A stretch of DNA of 64,000 bases from a virus: the IMG/VR virus record IMGVR_UViG_3300009073_000002; one strand, given 5' to 3'. The notes below the pieces were generated by a model. It had not been told where the DNA came from. It ran no database searches and saw only the letters and a program-made list of their open reading frames with translations. Made by a program: the position numbers and the translations under genes. Numbering within the stretch: the first letter of the stretch is position 1; each line of letters begins with the position of its first letter. Shown here piece after piece: positions 28,701 to 38,133 of the stretch.

Positions 28701-31145
28701 CAATATGGTGCAGTGGCCAACAGAACTTATGTTCCGCTCGGTTTATCTGGTACTAAGTTAGATTATCATCAAAAAACAGGTATTGTAGTTCAAGGGATAG
28801 TTGGTTCTTCTAGTGTTGGTGATTATAGCTATAAGAGAACTTCTGTTTTGTCAGATAAAGTTCATGAAGAGATCAGTACTAATCCTTCATTTGGAATAGT
28901 TGCTAATTTCTTAGATAATCTAGGGATAGAGATACCAGACTTTATGAATCCTTTTATTGAAGCTTTAGATGCGTTCTTCAATAATCTACTTGGGAATATA
29001 GGATTTATAGATTGTGGTACCGTACCACACACAGGAGATGAAAATGATGTAAGGAATAGATTTAACCTAAGACCTGGAATGCGTGGTATTACGGATACTA
29101 CAGGCTATACTGTTACTGCTCCTGCTCAGGGCGAATGGGCTGATGTGTTCTTTCCTAGTGCTCTTTCTACATTCGTTAATATCTTCGTGCCATCAGATGC
29201 TAAGTTAGGATATCGAGGTACTGGAAGTATTCAACTTCGAGAATCAATAGAAGACCCTTCAAGTATAGCTGAAGTATTTTATCGTAAGCTTAAAACCCTA
29301 TTCCTTGACAGTAGCTTCCCTAATGGAGCGAATTGGAGACTATCTTGGATGAATCGATTCTTTAAGAAACTAATCGAACCACCTAGATGGAAAGTTTTAC
29401 TTAGAGTTCTTCTGAATATACTTTGGAAATTCGGCATAGGATTTTATTTAATAATTGAAGGTATTGATCATCTTAGTGAGAATTTAGCCAATACTGTATT
29501 AGGTCCTGGATCTACTTCAGTTACATCGGCTATTGGAATTGCAATAGGTGTATTCTTAATTTTACTCGGTCTTGCTTGGATTATTTTTTGGGCTGGTAAT
29601 GATCTAATGACCAAAGTGTTTGACAGACTCCTTCAGTTAGATGGTTGCTATCCAGATATTGAGAACGGTCAACACGTAACGGCTGCAGGTGGTAGTAAGT
29701 GGCAAATGAAGCTAGGAGAGCACCTCAGAGGACTCGAAGACAACTATTATTACTATAATATTGATTACAATGTAGTTAATTGGTTAGAAGTGATATTTGG
29801 CATACCTGTGAATTACGATACTGAATGGTGTCCAGAAGAATACAGTACTGATATCATTGCAGGACAGATGCAGAATCCAAAGAGTCATATTAATGCTTGG
29901 AGGAATGTAAGAACAGATGAAAATTTTAGTATTCCTAGAACTAGAGGCGCTATTACAAGAATGGTTACTCGAGGGGATAGATTATTTGCTCACACTACAG
30001 ATTCGTTGATTCAAATTAGAATTGATAAGAATGGTAGGTTTATTGATAACACTGATTTATTTGGAGGTGTAGAGACTGGTTATGCAGGGAACAAAGACCC
30101 GAATGCGTCCGCTAATTTGCCTGATGGTTATTGGTGGTGGGATAGAGATGCTAGAAGACCATACCGAATGTCTAATGGTATCCAAGAGCAACCATTCACA
30201 GGAATGGAGGATTACTTTGATTGTAACTGGGGGCTGAACATCTTGGAGCATTGGCCAGACTTCGACAAAGTTGATCAGAAATGTAAATCAGGAGTACACT
30301 ACGATATTGCATTCGATAAAAAGAATGACATACTCTACTTGTATAAGAAAGATTACAAGCTGAAAGAAGGTGTTCATAAAGATAACAATGGTAAGTGGGT
30401 TTATCAGAAACAGAATTGTGATATCAAGAATCTTGATTTCTGGGAAGAAGATAATTTGTTGATCTCATTTGACACTAAGAGAAATGAGCAGCAATACATA
30501 TCAAAGCATTGTTGGGATGCTGAGGTATTTATCTGGAATAGGTTTGATATGATGACAATTAAGAATGATAAGATTGCTAGTCATTGGACCAAAGGTAGAT
30601 TCAATAATTTCCATGGAACTCAGTATCATTCGTATATTGATGTAACAATACCGATTGCTTTAAAGAATAGATCTGTTTCTAAGATTAATTCTGTGAGAAT
30701 AGTTGGTGAATTGATTGAGCACTTACCAGGAGGAATCAAAAGAGAGCTTATCGATGAGAGATTGGTAGAGAGAATCATGCTTTACAATGGATATCAGTCT
30801 ACTGGATGGATGTCTGTGAGGTATAGTGATGAAGAAGACCAGTACAGTACATCAGCTGAGTCTAAGGATGGTGAGTGTGAGATTAAGGTAGAAAATAAGG
30901 TCAATGGATTTAAGATTACTAAAATCAAAAATGCAGTTCCTAAAGGAAGCCCAGTATTTGATCGATATAATCCTGAGATTAAGGATTATGATAACAACTA
31001 CAAGATTACAAGTGTTACAGAATCAGATACATTGACAGATGATTTTGTAGGTGTAAGGATGATTGTAAAGAAGGCTGCAAACAAGCAAGTCATACTTCGG
31101 GCTGCCATGGTTGACTATGATCCCTTAGAGACTGGAGTGGAATAA
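25701..31145 (+). CDS. giant (1814 aa) Cys-rich structural protein with internal TM helices
   Basis: An uninterrupted 5.4-kb ORF. Hydrophobic helices are encoded at about 29390..29600. Function is inferred from size only. Confidence 0.7.
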   Translation: MPQIEARFDHMYTDGIPQESPSMKYRNAYGWSKLQDAVRTGYISTETANNIKASLPSGSDIRGWYYIEERDWHIFLNQVGGTDEIGVYKELECKYYRVVRDGDLDCPLELSSCRWFQMAVNVHGNCNRIKIHYSDNKNMYRVVDITDPCCELKEGSLNDTKLLKCTCIPTLKKTVLNGHGRLPNGSYRAALMLFDEDGNDTNYSITTHSMVVSDNSHRVGEVSDSAILIEAYGLPEGYTFGRLVIVEVVNGAERYRVIDRIGIGQGRLKFTYTGNEGYYEEGIAEDIRLRKRRWFKGAGIHNHNGIPIFYNIEPERNWDLQRLVNTFKVRYYRYAVPANEAKYYEGFRPNEILSFSINFNLKGGRKTKAFILSNDNVVTGGEVVTTCDGCKIPFWFANDTSKRINGYSTVEEAIEAQERKSQGVNQDFKVSASPTMKITKTDGKASSSGYGPTMNYCECFECINTLQKCYKEFMLQIIIFLNCITSAINFVLDFISGDDGSGWSCPTLALTDATDDCSCDKVSKCASLRAEANARSTVDRIVDETYLDNNEDIIEFREGERNNPAASGADESQFTYLKSEWKCGPDYKDGDFLVHNQITFKCIGGYWHYVNGSHIFEPHPAVNFDNKNIPLALKERALGRNGNSHVAGDENDEDCIPIRTKPIYFSHGCFGYAESEELYPETISRLDCEKMYGDLAGKPVRHFRVPSSTKEVHFASTGSNVESHLNPANNVLDNTWVILTGLSVEGIEIPDELQPYLCENQPFDINQAPLLEAEKTVLNSGILHGTFEGPIYGETHLHPKHGVNSPEFYDPAIQRAFNNSFRRGSASTVPAYILQSPDVMLYRNRMDAHFWITELEVYGQGIRYGHYANGLEPEKSTIPRFNQAGVRQGVNLNKSTTAAIGETPIFRCIKGMQFVEADGSVGTTGEFTYRFNNKWRESGMYIEFEGDKDGFSDPFAFEYGSTNGGDDESDTSFIGDGIDHFALIPDARAWYGSSLRFLPRQYGAVANRTYVPLGLSGTKLDYHQKTGIVVQGIVGSSSVGDYSYKRTSVLSDKVHEEISTNPSFGIVANFLDNLGIEIPDFMNPFIEALDAFFNNLLGNIGFIDCGTVPHTGDENDVRNRFNLRPGMRGITDTTGYTVTAPAQGEWADVFFPSALSTFVNIFVPSDAKLGYRGTGSIQLRESIEDPSSIAEVFYRKLKTLFLDSSFPNGANWRLSWMNRFFKKLIEPPRWKVLLRVLLNILWKFGIGFYLIIEGIDHLSENLANTVLGPGSTSVTSAIGIAIGVFLILLGLAWIIFWAGNDLMTKVFDRLLQLDGCYPDIENGQHVTAAGGSKWQMKLGEHLRGLEDNYYYYNIDYNVVNWLEVIFGIPVNYDTEWCPEEYSTDIIAGQMQNPKSHINAWRNVRTDENFSIPRTRGAITRMVTRGDRLFAHTTDSLIQIRIDKNGRFIDNTDLFGGVETGYAGNKDPNASANLPDGYWWWDRDARRPYRMSNGIQEQPFTGMEDYFDCNWGLNILEHWPDFDKVDQKCKSGVHYDIAFDKKNDILYLYKKDYKLKEGVHKDNNGKWVYQKQNCDIKNLDFWEEDNLLISFDTKRNEQQYISKHCWDAEVFIWNRFDMMTIKNDKIASHWTKGRFNNFHGTQYHSYIDVTIPIALKNRSVSKINSVRIVGELIEHLPGGIKRELIDERLVERIMLYNGYQSTGWMSVRYSDEEDQYSTSAESKDGECEIKVENKVNGFKITKIKNAVPKGSPVFDRYNPEIKDYDNNYKITSVTESDTLTDDFVGVRMIVKKAANKQVILRAAMVDYDPLETGVE

Positions 31146-31149
31146 AAAA

Positions 31150-31177
31150 CCCCAACTGCCAATCAAGACAGTTGGGG
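31150..31177. terminator. bidirectional terminator hairpin
   Basis: CCCCAACTG...CAGTTGGGG (9 bp), with an A-run upstream (= T-run on the minus strand). Confidence 0.65.
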
Positions 31178-31200
31178 AAATTCAATGAAGAAAAGTATGG

Positions 31201-31488
31201 TTATTTATCACTCATACCTCGCATAAACCCTCTATTGTATCCATCTTTGTATGACTCTTCTCCAAAATTAGGAAAAGGACATAATGGAGGAAAAGGTGCA
31301 TTGCAAAACTGCTGACCGTAACAGTATCCCTCTTTGTATCCATGGTCCCAACCATCGCAGAATACTGAACTTGGGGCTTCTATTTCATAGCACTCTGTTT
31401 GAATTTCTTCAAATATTACAGGTGCAGTCTCAACGGTTGGAGTTGAGATCATAAAAAGGAAACTGATGAAAAATGTTTTGATAATCAT
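31201..31488 (-). CDS. secreted Cys-rich small protein
   Basis: N-terminal signal peptide. Six Cys residues. Confidence 0.55.
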   Translation of the reverse strand: MIIKTFFISFLFMISTPTVETAPVIFEEIQTECYEIEAPSSVFCDGWDHGYKEGYCYGQQFCNAPFPPLCPFPNFGEESYKDGYNRGFMRGMSDK

Positions 31489-31664
31489 AATACTGATTTA
31501 ATAGTTAAAAATTTGTAACATATTATTTTTTATTTTTATCAAATGTGTCTTTGAAAAATTGAAAAAACTTACTTCTGTATTCTTGTTGTACTCTCATTCT
31601 GGCCACTAAGCCTAAATTTTCTGCTAGTCCAGTCCAAAATTTGTCCATTCTAATTTGTTTTAAT

Positions 31665-32081
31665 TTATGTATTAATTCCTTCTTCTATTATTGAAAAATG
31701 ATCAAATGCAAGATCTGGCAGGTCATTTACTTTAAACCATTTAACCTCTTTCGCATCATCTCCGGCCTTTATTGCAGTATTCTTAGGTATTTCTCCTATA
31801 AAGGGTACTGATATCACTTGCTCTCTTGGGTCTCTATTAGGATCACTTTTTATAGTAAGTTGTCTAAGCTTGAGATTATGGACACCCGTTTCTTCTTTTA
31901 ATTCTCTAAAAGCTGATTCAATAAGAGTCTCACGTACATCATGAAATCCGCCAGGCAGCGCCCATTTGTCTTTGAAGGGTTCATTCTTCCTCTTAATTAG
32001 CAATACGCGAAGAAAGTTAAGATCAAAAATTGCAAGATCTACAGCTATTGCTGCTCTTGGATGTTTGTAAGTGTAACTCAT
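31665..32081 (-). CDS. Nudix hydrolase
   Basis: Nudix box GGFHDVRETLIESAFRELKEETGV. Confidence 0.85.
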   Translation of the reverse strand: MSYTYKHPRAAIAVDLAIFDLNFLRVLLIKRKNEPFKDKWALPGGFHDVRETLIESAFRELKEETGVHNLKLRQLTIKSDPNRDPREQVISVPFIGEIPKNTAIKAGDDAKEVKWFKVNDLPDLAFDHFSIIEEGINT

Positions 32082-32084
32082 AAT

Positions 32085-32372
32085 CTAAATAAATTTAATC
32101 ACTTTTTGTATTTGAATCCTATCTGAAATGTCAGGACTCTTTATTGTACCATCATCAGGAGATATCCAATCATGTACAAACTTGCCATCTACTAAAGGTT
32201 CTCTTCTGTTAATGTCTCCATTTTCAAAGCTCCAAGACCAAGACTCAGGGATAGAAGATATCCTACTTGGTTCTTCAGTAGTGTACGCAGAGTCAATGAA
32301 TGCTAGTCCATGGTTAGTCATTATGATGTCACCAGTTTCTAACTTCTGTCCTTTAAATTTTTTCCATCTCAT
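32085..32372 (-). CDS. hypothetical protein
   Basis: Tight minus-strand array. Confidence 0.55.
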   Translation of the reverse strand: MRWKKFKGQKLETGDIIMTNHGLAFIDSAYTTEEPSRISSIPESWSWSFENGDINRREPLVDGKFVHDWISPDDGTIKSPDISDRIQIQKVIKFI

Positions 32373-32638
32373 ACTTGATATGTTTCTTCACAAAGTTTGA
32401 TAATATAATCTCTGAGCATTCTAGGCATAGTCGATTTACCTGCCTTGACAAGCTCTAATTCTTCCAGTACAGTCCTTTTACCGTCAATATGGTCTATTAG
32501 GCGGTTATATAGCCTTGCTTCCCTTCTCTGCGACGGATATGGCTCTGAAGACCACCGAGTAGGGTCGTTGGGATCTGTATAAGCCCCTCGTGCCACTCTA
32601 ATGTCTTCACCTTCTCTTGATGATCCAGTATAAATCAT
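32369..32638 (-). CDS. hypothetical protein
   Basis: 4-nt overlaps with both neighbours. Confidence 0.55.
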   Translation of the reverse strand: MIYTGSSREGEDIRVARGAYTDPNDPTRWSSEPYPSQRREARLYNRLIDHIDGKRTVLEELELVKAGKSTMPRMLRDYIIKLCEETYQV

Positions 32639-33786
32639 GTTTTACAAATTTGATATGTATTACCTGATTGTACTGACCCTATATATTTTACTTCGTGAGA
32701 AAAGCTATTATGTGTATGGATTCGCCCTTCAGTTATTGTCTCCCAATCTCCAAATTTTGTTCCTACATCAACTTTGCAGTCTAATACAATATGAGTTTTT
32801 CTTGTTATAATATCAAATACCCTTACTTTACCAAGAGTATGCTCCACTTGTTCTCCTACTTTAATTTCAGACGGGTCTTGATGAACTTTTAGGTCGCATG
32901 ATACTGGGGCTATTTGACCTCTTTGTTGAGAATCTACATATTGAGTGCTAATGACTTCAGGTGTATAGTCATCGTCTGGCACTTTAAAATGTCTAACTGT
33001 TTGATTGGATAGGCCGCCATACATTCCAGATGGTGCATCTGGATATTTACCATCTTCGAGATCCTTTCTAGTTATTCGCTCTTTTACTTCTGCTGTTCTA
33101 ACATCTAATCCTGGTTTGCTCTTATATCCTGCTTTTAACCATTCTTCATCATTTACTTTGAAAGCCGGATCTACTTTACCTCTTTCTGTCCATTGTTCAG
33201 GAGTTGTTTTCGCCAAGTACTCATCTCTTGCTCTTAGACTGTCCTCGATTACTTCTTTCTCAACTTTATCAAAATCAATCTTTTGCCTTTGAGGGTTTCG
33301 GATACCTCTACCTATTGATTGAAAGTGAAGATTGTAAGGAAACATTTTTATTAATGCTTCTGGTGATAAACCTGCATGCTCTCTAATATCTTTTTCAGTC
33401 CATGGACCATTGCCGGGTCTTATCTTTTGTAATCTCTGAATAACTTCAACATATACTGCTCCTAAATTATCAGTCAAAAAATTTTTCAATAGATCGTAAA
33501 TGTCTTGACATGTATATCGTTTAACATTTTCAAATGGTTGTGTAGGTCCAAATACGCCACCAATTTTTGAATGAAACTTAATTTTGCCTGCAGTAGGATC
33601 ATCCATCTCTCCGATTAAATTAATTACTCCTTTTTGGGCAGTGTAATTTTTACCTTCATAAGTAACCTCAAATCCACTATCTCTCATGCAAATAGAGATA
33701 GTCTCTCCAGAGTTAGTTTCTAAGGTTAATCCACTATATACTTCTTTCAGTACGATGTGTCCTTTTTCTGTTGTTTCGATTTTCAT
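32635..33786 (-). CDS. hypothetical protein (383 aa)
   Basis: Long ORF with no motif I can recognise. Confidence 0.65.
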   Translation of the reverse strand: MKIETTEKGHIVLKEVYSGLTLETNSGETISICMRDSGFEVTYEGKNYTAQKGVINLIGEMDDPTAGKIKFHSKIGGVFGPTQPFENVKRYTCQDIYDLLKNFLTDNLGAVYVEVIQRLQKIRPGNGPWTEKDIREHAGLSPEALIKMFPYNLHFQSIGRGIRNPQRQKIDFDKVEKEVIEDSLRARDEYLAKTTPEQWTERGKVDPAFKVNDEEWLKAGYKSKPGLDVRTAEVKERITRKDLEDGKYPDAPSGMYGGLSNQTVRHFKVPDDDYTPEVISTQYVDSQQRGQIAPVSCDLKVHQDPSEIKVGEQVEHTLGKVRVFDIITRKTHIVLDCKVDVGTKFGDWETITEGRIHTHNSFSHEVKYIGSVQSGNTYQICKT

Positions 33787-33787
33787 T

Positions 33788-34291
33788 CTAATATGTTCTT
33801 CTTATTAAATCTAATTTTTTTCGATGCTCTATTTCTCTTTTTTTATTTAAATCGTATTTTTTTTGAAATTGCGATAAAATTGATTTTTTAATTAAAAACT
33901 CTTCTCCATCGATGCAATTTGTTCCATATAATTTTTTTCTTGTTATGTATTTACATAACACATGGTCTTTGTCATATTCACCTACTACATAAACAACACC
34001 TTCTGAACTTATTCCACAATTATTAGAACCGCTTTCTGTTAATTCGCTGTGGACCCATATCCATTCTGGAATATTATAATAGCCTCCTATTTTTACATCT
34101 GAGGTGATTAATTTATCGTCAACTAAGCTATCTATTTTTACATTAGAGTGTTTTAATTCTGATGATTTTTTATGTAATTTTTTTTCAGTAAACTCTGTGT
34201 CATTTTTTTTGTTTTGACAGTAAATTCCTATTCTTGAAATAGAAATTAATAAAATTCCTAAAATCATTAATTTTACAGGTAAATTTTTCAT
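33788..34291 (-). CDS. putative lipoprotein/secreted protein
   Basis: Signal/TM segment LMILGILLISISRIGIYC. Confidence 0.55.
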   Translation of the reverse strand: MKNLPVKLMILGILLISISRIGIYCQNKKNDTEFTEKKLHKKSSELKHSNVKIDSLVDDKLITSDVKIGGYYNIPEWIWVHSELTESGSNNCGISSEGVVYVVGEYDKDHVLCKYITRKKLYGTNCIDGEEFLIKKSILSQFQKKYDLNKKREIEHRKKLDLIRRTY

Positions 34292-34302
34292 TTTGATTAT
34301 TT

Positions 34303-34563
34303 TTATTTTGGAAATACGTTTTCAATTTCAATATTAAAATGCTCACAGATATCATTCATTTCGAAGACTGTATGTCCTCCGTGAGTCAATGTTACTTCGA
34401 GTCCACCATCATCAAAGAATCCATAACCTAGCATATTTTCACACCATTCGCCTAATGTACCTGGTGATATCCAAATAAAGACATCTTGGCCGTTATCAGT
34501 CTCTCTCCAATGCCACTCAATGTTATTCTCTTGGATGAATTTGTATAGTTGTAATTCTGTCAT
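34303..34563 (-). CDS. hypothetical protein
   Basis: 86-aa acidic ORF. Confidence 0.55.
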   Translation of the reverse strand: MTELQLYKFIQENNIEWHWRETDNGQDVFIWISPGTLGEWCENMLGYGFFDDGGLEVTLTHGGHTVFEMNDICEHFNIEIENVFPK

Positions 34564-34640
34564 TATTCTTCTTCTGTTGATACTAATCTAAGTGGATTAA
34601 AATCCCTTCCTGATGGTGCTAGTGCATATCTATGTGCTTT

Positions 34641-35222
34641 TTAGACGCTCTGATGAAATGGATAGTAGCCTTCGGCTTCATCACTGTCTGGCGCGGATAA
34701 AGTCTCTTCAGGCACCTCATATGCACCTCCAGTCATGTATTTAAGGATATTTAAGTTCTTATCTCCATTAATATAAGCTATATCAACAAAATCAGAACTA
34801 TGACCAGTACCCTCATATGTTACTTCTTCTTCTTTAATTTCAAAAGTTAATCCTAATTTTAGAATAAGATCAATAGCATGCTGCCCTTTCGCTAAGTAAA
34901 AGTTACTATCCTCTTTACTGTATAATACAAGAGTATTGGTGAAATTAAGGTAACTAATTGATTGAAATGTTAATTCAACTGATGTGTGATGGATGCTCAG
35001 ATAAACTCCTATTTTTATCCAAATGTCATTATGAGGGAATCTGTTCCTTAAAGGTTTTGCGTAACCTCTAAAATATACAATATTGTTCTTCAGCATTTTC
35101 CTACCTAACTCTAATCCAAAGAACTCAGAACTAGCTGTTACTCTTTCTCCGTTCTCAACTCTCTTTAATCCAGATGGAGTTAAATGACTTTCGTTTAATA
35201 CTAATACTTTGATTTCTGACAT
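34641..35222 (-). CDS. hypothetical protein
   Basis: The ATG at 35222 lies just downstream of the CCAAACCATTTAAAAT motif, which the longer track ORF (to 35288) would contain. Confidence 0.55.
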   Translation of the reverse strand: MSEIKVLVLNESHLTPSGLKRVENGERVTASSEFFGLELGRKMLKNNIVYFRGYAKPLRNRFPHNDIWIKIGVYLSIHHTSVELTFQSISYLNFTNTLVLYSKEDSNFYLAKGQHAIDLILKLGLTFEIKEEEVTYEGTGHSSDFVDIAYINGDKNLNILKYMTGGAYEVPEETLSAPDSDEAEGYYPFHQSV

Positions 35223-35300
35223 TGATTGTAATTTTAAATGGTTTGGTAAAAAGGGCAACGCAAGATCCCTCTGCGCTGCCCAAAGCATTAAATCGAAGTA

Positions 35301-36080
35301 CTAAACTTCTTCAACAAAGTATCTATGTACCAGTTGGTCTATCTCTCTTGCTCCAATAGAGCTTTCTTCGTAAACTTCTGCTAACTTCTCTTTTACCCAC
35401 TTTCTAACTGTCTTAGATTCAATACTGTAAAGTTCACAATACTGATCAAGTGTAGGTGAAACATCTACAATTTGATTTAATTCATCGAGTTTAAGCTTCT
35501 TCAATGTAAAGACAATAGGAACTCTACCAATAAATTCTGTTTTGACTCCAAGGCCTGCAAGTCTAGTTCTTGTAATTCCCTCTTCTCCATTAAATGCTCC
35601 TGCAAATACGAATAAACACTTGCTAATATTGATTTTAGCAAACTTACCGTAGTCGGCCATGATTGAAACTTCAGAACCTTCTAAAGCATTCAAAAACTCA
35701 TTCTGAACACCGGTAGTAGTTTCATGTGCTAATTCAGAATTTGAATTTCCTGCAATCAATAGTTTGTCGAACTCATCAACAAATATTACTGTAAGCTTAT
35801 TCTGAAAATTCTTGAGCTCTCCAAAAGCTTTAGAGAGTGAATTACCAGAAGTACCTTCTTTGGTTAATCCTGCACCATCTATTGATACAAAATTAATTCC
35901 CATTCGATTTGCTAACTCCTTAATGATAGAGGTCTTACCAGACCCACTTGGACCAATTGTAAATGAATGTGGCTTGATCTTACCATTAGACTCAGAGAAT
36001 ATCTCTAAGATTTTAGTGAACCCTTGGACAAATTTCTCCTGACCAATGATTTTCATTTTTTGAACTTCTACTTTCGACAT
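35301..36080 (-). CDS. AAA+ ATPase (ClpX/HslU-like nucleotide-binding module)
   Basis: Walker A GPSGSGKTS; Walker B VIFVDEFDKL. Confidence 0.8.
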   Translation of the reverse strand: MSKVEVQKMKIIGQEKFVQGFTKILEIFSESNGKIKPHSFTIGPSGSGKTSIIKELANRMGINFVSIDGAGLTKEGTSGNSLSKAFGELKNFQNKLTVIFVDEFDKLLIAGNSNSELAHETTTGVQNEFLNALEGSEVSIMADYGKFAKINISKCLFVFAGAFNGEEGITRTRLAGLGVKTEFIGRVPIVFTLKKLKLDELNQIVDVSPTLDQYCELYSIESKTVRKWVKEKLAEVYEESSIGAREIDQLVHRYFVEEV

Positions 36081-36129
36081 AATACTTTGATTTTGATTTT
36101 GATTTAAAATGACATAATACTTTCGACTA

Positions 36130-36137
36130 CAAATATA
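36130..36137 (-). promoter_or_regulatory. -7 box TATATTTG (minus strand)
   Basis: About 50 nt upstream of the AAA+ gene start. Confidence 0.4.
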
Positions 36138-36152
36138 AAATAAATTTTTTAT

Positions 36153-36905
36153 TTATTCTCTATTTTTTCTGTATGACATTGCATCTCCTACATTTGCTGC
36201 AAACTTATATCGATCCTTAGTTCGCCAGAACATACCATCCCAATCATTGAACTCTCTAGACAGTTCTACGTGTTCACTCTGGAGCTTGGCTAAGTCTATT
36301 CTAAGGTTAGCTTTCGTCTTTAATGCTTCTTGATATAACTCACTGGATTTAAATGTTTTACGTGCTTTGGAATCGGATATACTGGCACTCAATTTATACT
36401 CTCCTTCTTTATCGTAATACTCATCAAATAGTCTTTTATACTCAGTGCCTTCAGCTTTTAAAACCTCGATATCAGCTGCTTCAATCTTACCATACATAGC
36501 TTTTATTTCAGCGTCTTTCTGCTGCATATCAAACATAAATTTATTTTTGTTTCTTTCTAAAATAGGTAGATCTATCTCTAAACTTCGATAAGCTACGGTG
36601 CTAATATCTTCTCTTAGGGAGCATGCTTCATCATTGGTAATCATCCGTTTTGTTTCTTCATATTCGGATATCTTGTTACCTAACTTCTGAATGTGATAGT
36701 TTTCTTCTTTAGCTTCGGATATCTCCATACAGCTCCTGATCGTCTCCATCAGTAGTATCCTGGTCTTTTCATTTGGAAAGACTATTTGATCTATAGCTAC
36801 TGGAGCAGTTATAGAGTTAGTTTCGATATGATTCAAAGCTTGTGAAAGCTTGGCTAATAGTCCTTCTGACATTTCCATTAGTGTTGATTTTGAGTATGAG
36901 TACAA
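36153..36905 (-). CDS. coiled-coil protein
   Basis: 250 aa, heptad-rich. Confidence 0.6.
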   Translation of the reverse strand: MYSYSKSTLMEMSEGLLAKLSQALNHIETNSITAPVAIDQIVFPNEKTRILLMETIRSCMEISEAKEENYHIQKLGNKISEYEETKRMITNDEACSLREDISTVAYRSLEIDLPILERNKNKFMFDMQQKDAEIKAMYGKIEAADIEVLKAEGTEYKRLFDEYYDKEGEYKLSASISDSKARKTFKSSELYQEALKTKANLRIDLAKLQSEHVELSREFNDWDGMFWRTKDRYKFAANVGDAMSYRKNRE

Positions 36906-37315
36906 TTCTGGCAGACTAGCCAGTTTACTTTGCCTGCGACAAATTTATCACAGACTTCTTTTCTTTCACAGTAGTTATTATTTCCGCAATGCTTCTTACA
37001 TCGTCCATTTCTGCCCTGAGATTCCATGTAGCAAGTGTAAGGGATGTGTTCATTAGGCACTAGGTCTTCAATTACTCTCATTTTATGTAGAAAATGCCTG
37101 ATAACGTGTCTCTCAGAGCCATTTACGTACCATTCTTTGCCATAAGTGTGACAGGCCATTATTCTGCCGTTACCTTCTCTTTTCATGTCAAATAGTACAA
37201 TCTCAGTAGGTATAGGATCATATCCCTCTTCGTCTTCATCAGGTCCGGGAACAAATCGATAGATTGGCTCACCGTGTCTTTTGATTATTTCGTCTAGGTT
37301 ATCCCTGGCTGTCAT
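36878..37315 (-). CDS. Cys/His-rich protein
   Basis: CKKHCGNNNYCERKEVC cluster. Confidence 0.55.
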   Translation of the reverse strand: MTARDNLDEIIKRHGEPIYRFVPGPDEDEEGYDPIPTEIVLFDMKREGNGRIMACHTYGKEWYVNGSERHVIRHFLHKMRVIEDLVPNEHIPYTCYMESQGRNGRCKKHCGNNNYCERKEVCDKFVAGKVNWLVCQNCTHTQNQH

Positions 37316-37784
37316 CTTCTTCTTCGTATTGATTACTCCAATTTTTTTTGTATTTTTCTATTAATTCAATGTCCTCTTTTGTTACGAAATTCTCACCTCT
37401 TTCTAGTTTAGGTATTTGCAATAAAAACTCCATTAATATCTTGCCTTCAACCATTACTTTAATTATACCTGAAGACAATGGATATCCCTTATAGATAATT
37501 GGATTAATTAAAGAATCATTGTCAAGTTCTAGATTGTGTTTAAGCTTAAATGGAAATTCAGCAAAAAAGAAATCCAAACTATCCGCAGGAAAAGACATCG
37601 TTTTAAATACGAATGCAAATTCTTTTTCCCTCATAAATCTTTGGATATTCCTTATTCCAATTGATCCACAAATAAGTGAAGTCTCTACTTTTCGTCTTGA
37701 CTGTTTCACAAGATTTAATATCTCACTGAAAACAGTATTCATATCATCAGGATTGTACCTTCTAATTATTGTTTGGGTTTGCAT
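37299..37784 (-). CDS. hypothetical protein
   Basis: 161-aa ORF. Confidence 0.6.
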   Translation of the reverse strand: MQTQTIIRRYNPDDMNTVFSEILNLVKQSRRKVETSLICGSIGIRNIQRFMREKEFAFVFKTMSFPADSLDFFFAEFPFKLKHNLELDNDSLINPIIYKGYPLSSGIIKVMVEGKILMEFLLQIPKLERGENFVTKEDIELIEKYKKNWSNQYEEEDDSQG

Positions 37785-37939
37785 AATTCTATTTTTATAA
37801 AGTCAATAAGACTGTTAGATATTTTGTTTACACTACATTCCTGGTGTTCATGTATGTCCGTGTAAGGATTCCAGATATTCATTTGTTTTCTACAGATCCT
37901 ACACTTAGGTGGTTCTGTGTATTTGAATCGAATATTCAT
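37766..37939 (-). CDS. small zinc-ribbon-like protein (57 aa)
   Basis: Read manually: MNIRFKYTEPPKCRICRKQM...HEHQEC. ATGA overlap with the upstream gene. It fills a gap that would otherwise be empty. Confidence 0.45.
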   Translation of the reverse strand: MNIRFKYTEPPKCRICRKQMNIWNPYTDIHEHQECSVNKISNSLIDFIKIELCKPKQ

Positions 37940-38133
37940 GTTATATCTTTTTTGGATACAACAACAATTCTAGCTTCAGTGGTGTCTATATCAGCTGAAT
38001 TACATAAATTGCATTCTAAGCTAATATCTTTACTTTCTACTGTTAATCCCTTGGTAGTCGAAAGATATCTAGATATTGCATCTCTTATTTCGCTCTCATT
38101 GAGCCTGTATTCATTTGTTTGAATATGTTTCAT
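37936..38133 (-). CDS. hypothetical protein
   Basis: 65-aa ORF with a 4-nt overlap upstream. Confidence 0.5.
   Translation of the reverse strand: MKHIQTNEYRLNESEIRDAISRYLSTTKGLTVESKDISLECNLCNSADIDTTEARIVVVSKKDIT

Noticed and set aside
37844-38122. 92-aa plus-strand ORF
   Set aside because: It is antisense to two tightly coupled minus-strand genes (37766..37939 and 37936..38133) in a block that is otherwise purely minus-strand.
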